The notes under the pieces are model-generated. The model did not search any database, was not told where the DNA came from, and saw nothing but the letters and a program-made list of their open reading frames with translations. The translations under genes and the position numbers were made by a program. A DNA stretch of 33,898 nt from a virus. Its lineage: Duplodnaviria; Caudoviricetes. The stretch lies in IMG/VR virus record IMGVR_UViG_3300025470_000054, positions 1 to 33,898 of that record; one strand, written 5' to 3'. Positions 1-8,100 of this stretch are shown piece by piece (the stretch's first letter is position 1; each line of letters opens with the position of its first letter).

Positions 1-1
1 T

Positions 2-109
2 CAAAAGTATATTGAACAAGAATTTAAAGAAGTTAAGGAGTGGTATAATAGCCCTCAATACAAAAGAATGATGGAGAAGGTTGCAACACGACCTTTCTAC
101 ACAAAATGA
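2..109 (+). CDS. 3' end of hypothetical protein (runs off window)
   Basis: Open frame from base 2 (QKYIEQEF...PFYTK) ending TGA 107-109, with ATGA overlap to the next ORF; translated by hand. Confidence 0.6.
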   Translation, partial: QKYIEQEFKEVKEWYNSPQYKRMMEKVATRPFYTK

Positions 110-279
110 GCTGGGTGGTAGAAAAGTTTCATTTTAAAAGTAAATCACTATTTCATGTTGAAGAACCGATTGCCGACCGCATAGCAGAAACTGCTAATAA
201 TCTTGGTGCTTCCAACATCAAAGTGATACGCTTAAATGAAGAATTTGCAGACGTATTATTTAAAGTGGAGGAATCATGA
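106..279 (+). CDS. hypothetical protein, 57 aa (not in ORF track)
   Basis: MSWVVEKFHF...FKVEES; ATGA overlaps at both ends (106-109, 276-279) indicate translational coupling. Confidence 0.7.
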   Translation: MSWVVEKFHFKSKSLFHVEEPIADRIAETANNLGASNIKVIRLNEEFADVLFKVEES

Positions 280-593
280 GTCACGAACACGGTGGGGGCG
301 AGAAAGCCATAAGGGAAATAGCCGAAGCCTGTGAGCAAGAGGAAATAGAAACAGCTAATCGTAGGATTGCTGCATTTCATAAATCGGAACAGTATTTAGC
401 TTATCTAGCCCTGCATGAAATAGATAGAATTATCCAAGCGGAAAATGATAATTGTTCACTACAACAGCTTTATGTTGCACCGCCATTTGGCGATTTGCCA
501 TACTCAAGAGATAGATTTTCACCAAGTAATCAACAAAGGGATTGGGATAATGAAGAAAAAACCGACAGTAGCACAACTGAAGAAGAAAGCTGA
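276..593 (+). CDS. hypothetical acidic protein
   Basis: GGAGG RBS just upstream and ATGA coupling; 3' end overlaps the next gene by 44 nt. Confidence 0.65.
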   Translation: MSHEHGGGEKAIREIAEACEQEEIETANRRIAAFHKSEQYLAYLALHEIDRIIQAENDNCSLQQLYVAPPFGDLPYSRDRFSPSNQQRDWDNEEKTDSSTTEEES

Positions 594-957
594 TTTATAT
601 TTTAGTAAATATATTAGATACAGAGATGCAACCAAAAAGGGTGGAGTTTATTACGCTTTTTGTATAACGTGCGACAAACAATTACCTATTAAACAGATGC
701 ACGCTGGGCACTTTCAATCACGTAGGCATAACTCAACCAGATACGATGATGAAAACGTAAATGCTCAGTGTGCCGCCTGTAACACGTATAATCAAGGTGA
801 GCAATACCGATACGCAAAAGCCCTTGATCTAAAGTTTGGAGATGGTACAGCAGATAAACTTGTGGCATTGGCTCAGGAATATCATAAATTAACAATAGAA
901 GAATTAGAAGGCATAATTGATGAATCAAAATCCAACATCCGACACTACGAAGCTTGA
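550..957 (+). CDS. ninG: NinG/Rap-family recombination endonuclease (HNH-like, Zn-binding)
   Basis: ADLYFSKYIRYRD...CITC...HAGHF..R...TRYDDENVNAQCAACN matches the lambda NinG family pattern. Start placed at MKKKPT (550); the frame is open from 445. Confidence 0.88.
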   Translation: MKKKPTVAQLKKKADLYFSKYIRYRDATKKGGVYYAFCITCDKQLPIKQMHAGHFQSRRHNSTRYDDENVNAQCAACNTYNQGEQYRYAKALDLKFGDGTADKLVALAQEYHKLTIEELEGIIDESKSNIRHYEA

Positions 958-1156
958 AATATTTGTAACGTTTGCTAAGAAGAAAGATAGTCTAACTTTT
1001 ACTCATAACAAAGAAGTTTATAAAGTTTCATTAGATGGTACTAAAATAGATATTATTAAATTAGATGAAATAATTACCAAAATTATAGTTAAAGAAGGAC
1101 AGTTGCGTAAAATACGACAGGAATTAATGGGAGATTCTGCTATAATAGGAGCATAA
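920..1156 (+). CDS. hypothetical protein
   Basis: ORF track 917..1156, first ATG at 920; co-oriented with neighbours. Confidence 0.55.
   Translation: MNQNPTSDTTKLEIFVTFAKKKDSLTFTHNKEVYKVSLDGTKIDIIKLDEIITKIIVKEGQLRKIRQELMGDSAIIGA
1138..1146 (+). promoter_or_regulatory. possible extended -10 promoter (TGCTATAAT)
   Basis: TGnTATAAT 22 nt upstream of ATG 1169; lies within the end of the previous CDS. Confidence 0.4.
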
Positions 1157-1168
1157 ATAAAGGAATCA

Positions 1169-1282
1169 ATGGTGTTTCGACACCGGATGATGATTAAATT
1201 TACACTGTATTACGAAGATGTGAAATTAGATCCATATCGACGTAAACATTACAAAAAACCAAAGATAATCAAGAAAAGATAA
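1169..1282 (+). CDS. small basic protein, 37 aa (not in ORF track)
   Basis: AAGGA RBS; MVFRHRMMIKFTLYYEDVKLDPYRRKHYKKPKIIKKR; fills the gap up to the glycosyltransferase start. Confidence 0.5.
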   Translation: MVFRHRMMIKFTLYYEDVKLDPYRRKHYKKPKIIKKR

Positions 1283-1284
1283 TT

Positions 1285-2004
1285 ATGCGAATTGGGGTGT
1301 GTTTGCCAAGCAGGGGTTACGTTTATTCCAGAACAATGGAAGATATTTTGCGTAACACTCAAGGTAGAACAGACATCGAATTCTTTTTCTCTCACGGTCG
1401 GGGTATTCCTGATAGTGCTAATTTTATTACTAACAATGCATTAGATGCAGGCGTCGACTACATTTGGTTTGTCGAAGATGATCAAAAATTACCTGCTGAT
1501 ATTTTAGAACAGATGCTGGCACAAAATGAAGATGTAGTTATTTGTGATTACCCTATTGGAAGGTTTGGTAACTGCGTAAAAGTTTATCCTAATGGAACAA
1601 TCCGTGCAGGTTTAGGTTGTGCATTAATTAAAGCAAGTGTATTTGAAAAACTAGAACGGCCGTATTTCTCGGCTGATTATGAATTTGGTGTTACTACTGA
1701 AGGTATACAGCCAATGGAATTAAATCCTGATAGGGATAAAACTAAAATACATGGCAATCATGATCTTATATTTTATTATCGGCTCTGGGAAGCTAAGGTG
1801 AAATTTGTAATACACCACACCCCCGTAGGTCATTACTTTTTTATAACGCCTAAGCTTCCTAAATCTGGTAACAAAACAGGTGAATCGTACGTTTGTGAAG
1901 TATGGGAATATGGTGACATTAGAATAATCGACAGCAATGGCGATCGTTATGATGGTCCTATAATTACAGAAGAATATTCAATAGAAAATCCGGTATATAC
2001 ATGA
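1285..2004 (+). CDS. GT-A fold (GT2-like) glycosyltransferase
   Basis: N-terminal IGVCLPSRG strand, DYIWFVEDD (DxD-type), GLGCALIKASVFEKL..PYF and a HDLIF helix. Confidence 0.8.
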   Translation: MRIGVCLPSRGYVYSRTMEDILRNTQGRTDIEFFFSHGRGIPDSANFITNNALDAGVDYIWFVEDDQKLPADILEQMLAQNEDVVICDYPIGRFGNCVKVYPNGTIRAGLGCALIKASVFEKLERPYFSADYEFGVTTEGIQPMELNPDRDKTKIHGNHDLIFYYRLWEAKVKFVIHHTPVGHYFFITPKLPKSGNKTGESYVCEVWEYGDIRIIDSNGDRYDGPIITEEYSIENPVYT

Positions 2005-2093
2005 AGTTTGTAGTTTATATTATTGGTTCAATATTCTATCTACCCCTTTATTTATTAGAGGTATGGGTATTAAATAAGTTTAATATTCGTTAA
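2001..2093 (+). CDS. 30-aa hydrophobic membrane peptide (not in ORF track)
   Basis: MKFVVYIIGSIFYLPLYLLEVWVLNKFNIR; ATGA-coupled to the glycosyltransferase stop. Confidence 0.5.
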   Translation: MKFVVYIIGSIFYLPLYLLEVWVLNKFNIR

Positions 2094-2097
2094 AATA

Positions 2098-2106
2098 TGT
2101 TATAAT
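2098..2106 (+). promoter_or_regulatory. extended -10 promoter (TGTTATAAT), near-leaderless
   Basis: Intergenic TGTTATAAT 8 nt before ATG 2115; no SD sequence. Confidence 0.6.
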
Positions 2107-2114
2107 ATATATCT

Positions 2115-2300
2115 ATGGAAAAACAAAAACGATTAGAATTTGAAATATTAGACATGACTATTAATGAAATAGTCGAAACGTTAGTAGCACAACGTAGAGA
2201 AGCTGAATCTCGTGAAAAAGCACAGCAAGTTGGAAGTTTTGTTATACGAGAATGTTCAGATGTCGATTGGGATCCGGATTCATTACCTCTTTATGATTGA
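2115..2300 (+). CDS. hypothetical protein, 61 aa
   Basis: Has its own promoter motif; last + strand gene before the convergence point. Confidence 0.65.
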   Translation: MEKQKRLEFEILDMTINEIVETLVAQRREAESREKAQQVGSFVIRECSDVDWDPDSLPLYD

Positions 2301-2698
2301 TCAATATCTCTCATTATAATTCGCATTACATATTCAGCTATGGTTTGAGGTGGATATTTTGTGTGTACAACCATAACTTCATCGCCAATATTATCGTATA
2401 AATCCTCAAATTCCTCATCACCTAATTGCTCACGTGAAAACCACCAATCACCACCTTTATCCCGGTGATCCATTACTACAATACAATCAAAGTCACTGTT
2501 GGTATCGTTAATATAAAACACGCAATTAGTTTGATTAAGCTGCTCACAAAACTCTCCTAGTTCATCTATACATTCAGCCCATACAGGCGGTTGTTCGTAA
2601 TCTGGATTATTGTTTTCCCACGCTTCTTGCCAGGCCACCCCTGCATAATTTGGCAAGAACTCTCGTGATTCTCCAAATCCAAAACTAAGTTCACTCAT
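2291..2698 (-). CDS. hypothetical acidic protein
   Basis: ORF track 2291..2713; ATG at 2698 (MSELSF) overlaps the upstream stop; last gene of the late block. Confidence 0.7.
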   Translation of the reverse strand: MSELSFGFGESREFLPNYAGVAWQEAWENNNPDYEQPPVWAECIDELGEFCEQLNQTNCVFYINDTNSDFDCIVVMDHRDKGGDWWFSREQLGDEEFEDLYDNIGDEVMVVHTKYPPQTIAEYVMRIIMRDIDQS

Positions 2699-2900
2699 AT
2701 TTTCGAAGTTCACGTTGATGTTTTATGGTAAGTAAATAAATTACTTGATCAATAGCTTCGTCTATAGCCATATCAATTAATCCTTCTTTTTGCCATAATT
2801 GACCACCATGTTCTAATTGACCCTTTTCATACTTTTCAGTAGCTAGTTCTTCAAATTCAGATAGGATGTCATCAAGATGATCGTAGTGTCGTGCTTCCAT
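2691..2900 (-). CDS. small all-alpha NTP-pyrophosphatase-like (MazG-like) protein
   Basis: KYEKGQLEHG...MAIDEAIDQVIYL has the acidic ExxD helix pattern of small phage MazG-like proteins; TAATG-coupled to the phosphoesterase. Confidence 0.5.
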   Translation of the reverse strand: MEARHYDHLDDILSEFEELATEKYEKGQLEHGGQLWQKEGLIDMAIDEAIDQVIYLLTIKHQRELRKYE

Positions 2901-4201
2901 TATTTTTCCTCATTTGGTAAATACAATTTACCGTTAAATCGAGTTTGATACCCATTGTGTGTTTGTATTGTTATTTGTTGTGTATCGAAAGGTTTATCTC
3001 CGTCTTGGTAATAAACAGCTCCGATACCTTGTTGCCAGTTTTCCCAGTTTTCTACAGGTTTGTCAGTCATTTCATCCACGCCTGATCCGTAGCTCGGAAC
3101 TGCACCGTCTACACGTGCTAGGCATCCAAACGACTGAGCTATTACAAATCGTGCTCCTGAGAAGTTGTGAGCCGTTCTGGCGGCGTATTCGTGTCGATGT
3201 ATATGTCCGAACAAGGTTGAAGTTTCTTCCTTACCTACAATGGCTGCGGCGGTCTTGCCAGCGGGTCGGACCAAATGCCCGTGAATAGCTTTCAATCTTT
3301 CATTAATCCAGTACTGTGCTGCTGGGTAGCCTGATTTGTATTCGCACTCTATATCTGCAAGGTTAAGTAAGAATGGGATGGTAAGGACTTTATCAGTTGT
3401 ACCAGCTTGTCGTACCCCGTACAGCCGTTCTGCGTATTGCATGATATATTTACTAAGCCTAAGTTCGTGATTGCCTGCCAAATAAACTATTTTAGTGTCG
3501 GGGGCGTTGGCTCGAATTTGAGCTAAAAATTGATGCACATAATCTAGGGTTGGATTAAGAGTTTGTGCAAAAGTATTCTCCTGCGAAAAACGTCCTAATT
3601 GTGGAAAATCTAGATTATCTCCGTTAAGCACTACTTGGTCTGGTTTACAGTCCTTGATTAACTGTAAAGCAATGTCTAACGCTTTTGTGTCGTGGATAGG
3701 GTCAAGCGTACCATCTTCGTATCTTCGGAAGCCAGCTTGTATGTCTGGTAATACAATAGCAAGTTTTTCAGATGTAGATTTTTTAGCTGTACTCTTGGTT
3801 GGTCGGATGATAGTTGGTTTAGCCTGTGAGATAAACATATCTTCCGTAAGCTCAGTAGATTTAGGTACATATTGTACGCTCATAAGATCAACAGTTTCAA
3901 ACTCGTTGTCTTCGTTCTTCATGTACCCTTGATATAAATTAACTCGGTTTACTTTAAGTATATCGTTTGGATCAATACCACTACGCTCAAATAACTCGGC
4001 TAATTTATCGACTTCTGCTGTTTTTTTTTCAGGTTTGTTTTCCACTTCAACTACCTTTCTTGCTTTTGTTCTATATTTGTTTCTGGTTCTTCTGATAACA
4101 TCCCAACTCATCCAAAAGTATTTAGCTTTCAGTTCAGCGTTGGTCATAGTCAGTAAGTTTTTTAAGTCTTGCCCTTCCCAACTGACTTTGTATGGTTGCA
4201 T
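2900..4201 (-). CDS. calcineurin-like metallophosphoesterase with ~145-aa N-terminal extension
   Basis: Motifs PDIQ (DxH variant), GDNLD, GNHE, HGH and GHIHR occur in canonical order. Confidence 0.88.
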   Translation of the reverse strand: MQPYKVSWEGQDLKNLLTMTNAELKAKYFWMSWDVIRRTRNKYRTKARKVVEVENKPEKKTAEVDKLAELFERSGIDPNDILKVNRVNLYQGYMKNEDNEFETVDLMSVQYVPKSTELTEDMFISQAKPTIIRPTKSTAKKSTSEKLAIVLPDIQAGFRRYEDGTLDPIHDTKALDIALQLIKDCKPDQVVLNGDNLDFPQLGRFSQENTFAQTLNPTLDYVHQFLAQIRANAPDTKIVYLAGNHELRLSKYIMQYAERLYGVRQAGTTDKVLTIPFLLNLADIECEYKSGYPAAQYWINERLKAIHGHLVRPAGKTAAAIVGKEETSTLFGHIHRHEYAARTAHNFSGARFVIAQSFGCLARVDGAVPSYGSGVDEMTDKPVENWENWQQGIGAVYYQDGDKPFDTQQITIQTHNGYQTRFNGKLYLPNEEK

Positions 4202-4208
4202 AATATGC

Positions 4209-4415
4209 CTATAACGTGGTGAATATACTCTTAATAACTGTTATTGCTGCCGATACACCTGCGACTGCTCCAGCTTTAATAGCTGTTTTTGTAAACGAGC
4301 CGTCCCATGTTGCCGTAAATGTACTAAGAAAAGCCACTGCTACTAGCCAAACATCGTGTTTAACTTGTGGTGCACTTGGTTTACCAAAACTAATTATGTC
4401 TTTAAGCTGTACCAT
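4209..4415 (-). CDS. putative holin
   Basis: 68 aa with two hydrophobic segments; GGAG RBS; directly after the endolysin. Confidence 0.65.
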   Translation of the reverse strand: MVQLKDIISFGKPSAPQVKHDVWLVAVAFLSTFTATWDGSFTKTAIKAGAVAGVSAAITVIKSIFTTL

Positions 4416-4425
4416 TTAAATCTCC

Positions 4426-5103
4426 TTATCGTGTTTTTACTTTAATATCAAAAAAATACAGTATTGCATTCCAAACTTTTTTTACCCAGCCTGGTTTTTT
4501 GCTTGAAGGCGGTACAGGCTTGTCTACTGGCTTTAAGCTAATAGTTGATGTTGATGTCGTCTGTACAGTTATAACCGGTTTAACAGGCTCTGGTGCAGGC
4601 GTAGGCTGTGGTGTAGGCTCTGGAGTTGGTGCTGGAGTTGGTTCTGGAGCAGGTGCTGGAGCTTCTACTTTGAATCGTGGTCGCATTACCCCTGTTAGTC
4701 CACTTTGTTGTCCCCAAGTTCGGTAACCTTCAGTTACGCAAGTGTTGTATGGGTTTCCATTTTCGTTTTGGCCTGAGAATGTCGAACCATTATTGTCACT
4801 TACAATACACATGTCTACGTGTCCATAACCACCGCCCCAACTAGCACCATAAATAAATACGTCACCAGGTAATGGGAATAGCGTGTCACTGTCTGGTATG
4901 AGGTCAAAATAATCGTTGGTTTGCCAAAGATCTTTAGCACCTTCGTAATAACCAAATACTGAATATGGACTTACACCTTCAGAAATAAACTGAAAGTAAA
5001 AATTAAAGTAATCCGCACATTGACAGCCATATGCTCCGTCAAAATCTAATGGTTTACCTTCTTGACTATGTAGCCAGTCAATTGCTTGTTGTTGTGTAAC
5101 CAT
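4426..5103 (-). CDS. CHAP-domain endolysin
   Basis: DFDGAYGCQCADY (catalytic Cys), PGDVFIY, GYGHV (His), GQN; followed by a Pro-rich linker and a C-terminal amphipathic helix. Confidence 0.9.
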   Translation of the reverse strand: MVTQQQAIDWLHSQEGKPLDFDGAYGCQCADYFNFYFQFISEGVSPYSVFGYYEGAKDLWQTNDYFDLIPDSDTLFPLPGDVFIYGASWGGGYGHVDMCIVSDNNGSTFSGQNENGNPYNTCVTEGYRTWGQQSGLTGVMRPRFKVEAPAPAPEPTPAPTPEPTPQPTPAPEPVKPVITVQTTSTSTISLKPVDKPVPPSSKKPGWVKKVWNAILYFFDIKVKTR

Positions 5104-5130
5104 AGTTACATCCTTTCTTATTTACTTTAC

Positions 5131-8100
5131 TCATGGAAATGAAACAATAATGCTTATAGTAATAGGTGTACTCGCAACTACAGGTATTGTCAATACAGGA
5201 TTTTGCGTAACAGAGGTAGTGACGGAAGTTTGTACGGTTGTTGGCAACGTTATAGTGCCTTGCTGTGTTACAGGTATGGATATATAGCGTAAGTCGGTAA
5301 CAGGAAGTGCAATTGGACTTTGTTGAGTTACTGGTAATGCAATGGGTGATTGTTGGGTAACTGGAACGTTTATTACAGTTCCTTTAATAGGAGCAATTTT
5401 GGCTATTGATGTTTGCGTAATTGATTGCTTGTTTTGAATAGAACCTTTAGATGTTTGTGTAGTAGTTCGAAGTTCTACAATCCGGGCTATAGCTGTTTGT
5501 AAAGCAGTAAGAGTATTTTTAATTCTTGCTTTAGACGGTTGGTTGCTGGCTTCGTAGGCAAAGTAAAGCCCATAAGTCATTTCAACACCAGAAACAATAA
5601 AACTTAACGAATAAGCTGTAGGTGTAAATGATGAAACACCAAAAACTGTGGCACTAGATGATGCAACGCCTGGAACAGTACTACTAGATGCAGTTGAAAG
5701 TTGGTTACCCTGCATATTACTTGGGTAAGAAGTAACTGATATAGTTGTTCCATTGGTCATATTTAAAGCATTAAATACTAAATAGTTATTAGAACCACTA
5801 AATGTTATAGCTGGTGGTATAACTAAAGTTGTAAAGTTAGCTGATACCGCTCCAGCAGTAAGAACTTTGTAAGGTGTAGGACCAGCGTTAATTGTGTATT
5901 GAGTAGTTCGTGCAGTACCAGCTGTAGTAAGTGTAATAGAAAGTGTTGAACCTTCCGATCCATTCATTATTTTGTAAATAGCATATAAATAACTACCTCT
6001 TGAACCAATTAACGTCCAACCAGTCGGAACAGTTATCGGTTGAGTAGAAGATATGTTAATTACTACTGTTTGATTAGCTGAATATGTTGGGTAAGTTACA
6101 GTTAAAGTTGTTCCACTTGTTGTAAGCGAACTTTGACCTGAAGCAGCAACGGTAGGAACAATCTGCACATTAGCAACAGATGGCTGTGTAGAAGTAAAAG
6201 TTTTTTGTATACGTGTTATTTCACTTTGAGTAGCAGTAAATGTTTTAGCTATACGTGTAACGGCAGATTGAGTAATAGTAAAGGTTTTTTGTAACCGAGA
6301 TACTGCAGTTTGTATTGTAGTAAGCCTAGAGGCGATTCTAGCCTTACTAGGTTGCGTAGTGGTACGAAGTTCAACTATACGCGAAACGGCTGTCTGAACG
6401 GCTGTAAACGTCTTTTGGATGCGAGATATGCTAGTCTGAGTAGCTGTTTGAGTTTTACTAATACGTGATACAGATGGCTGCCCTGGAGTTGTAAGGTTAT
6501 TAAATGAAACTGTATCTACCCAGAAAGTTCTTCCTGCCTGCGAAGGTGGGTTTGCTCGTTTAAAATCAGATATGTGCAAATAACCAGATGAAGAAGTAGT
6601 GAATGGTATTTGTATTAATTGCCAAGTAGTACTGGTATTAATAGCAAAATAGCTTGCTGTTGAGTTCCAAGTAACACCATCAGATTGTAAATAATTACCA
6701 GATACAGGAGTTGAACCATCCATAAATTGAATTTGCATTTGTCCAGCAGTATCAGATTTTACATAAACATTAAACAAGAAAGATGTAGTTGTAGGTACGC
6801 TTAATACATAACCTGCAGCCGTTCGTATACCAACATTAGTATTAGATCCATCTACTACAATTTTTGCTGATTGAGTACCTGTATAAGCTACGCTGTTATC
6901 TATGCTTACAGTTGCACCTGTTGTTGTTGCCCAGCCTGCTACAGCCCAAGTAGTGCCAATTTCAAAATCACCATTATATAAAAGATTTGGGTAATACGAA
7001 CGATTTATTTGTATCTTAGAAACTGATGGCTGAGTGCTAGTTTGAGTTTTAGTAATACGAGTTACTTCACTTTGTATAGTCGTAAAGCTCTTACTTATGC
7101 GTGCTGTAGATGGTTGGTTACTTGTACCATTTATTTGTACTCTTGAAACGGACGATTGAGTTGTACTAGATGTTTTAACTATTCTAGCTTTGGAAGTCTG
7201 ATTAACAGTTTCTTGTTCTATGATCCGTGCTACAGATGTTTGGTTACTATTAAAAAATTTAGCTATACGAGCTTTAGAAGTCTGAGTAGTTGTACGAATG
7301 TTTGGAGCTATGTTAGCTACAGAAGTCTGAGTTGTTGTAAAAGTTTTACTTATTCTTGCTACTGATAGTTGTGTTGAAGTAAAAGTTTTAGATATTCTGG
7401 CTTTACTTGGTTGAGTACTTGTAAGCGTGTTTTGTATACGAGCTTTGCTAGGTTCAGTAGATGTAAGTGTTTTTTGTATTCTGGCTACAGATGATTGAGT
7501 TGAAGTAAACGACTTAGATATTCTAGCTTTAGAAGTTTGAGGAGTTGTAAATGTATTAGTTATACGAGCTTTGCTAGTAGTGGTAGCTGTAGGTTGGTAA
7601 AATGTAAGGTAAACAGCACCATCTGCACCATTACCACCAGTACCAGATATGAATGGATTAGTAATTTTAGCTCCACCTCCAGAACCTGCACCTCCTGGGA
7701 ATGTACCGTTCTGACCGTTATAACCGTTAGTTGGAGTTCCACCAGCAGCACCATTACCGTTACCAGATGCAGATATGTTAGTTACAGTTCCAGATAATCC
7801 ACCAACTCCATTAGAGAATGATGTAGCTGCTGAACCACCAGCAGAACCTGCTGTAGAAGTACTAGTTGTATTACTAGCACCACCAATATATCTAACAGTA
7901 CCTGTTCCTAATACACCTCCAAGAGGACCACTTGTTAATCCTCCAACATCTCCATAACCACCACTACCTCCTTTAGCTACAACTGTAGTAGATGCAAATG
8001 TTGAATCACCTCCGTTATTACCGTTAGCACCAGTGTTAGCTCCTCCTGTACCTCCAGCACCAACGACTATAGTATAAGTAGTTCCTGGGGTTACAGTTAC

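Noticed and set aside
41-49. TGGTATAAT as a promoter
   Set aside because: Lies in a coding frame (W-Y-N), and the downstream genes are already translationally coupled.
445-549. 35-aa N-terminal extension of NinG
   Set aside because: Lies wholly within ORF 276..593, and the family-like sequence begins at MKKKPT; not fully excluded.
153-928. Minus-strand ORFs 153..380 and 689..928
   Set aside because: Antisense to coupled + strand genes; no motifs.
5395-7590. 42-nt periodicity as a CRISPR array or DGR repeat
   Set aside because: Repeats are degenerate and in-frame coding, with no constant repeat/unique spacer pattern, no adenine-specific variant pair and no reverse transcriptase.
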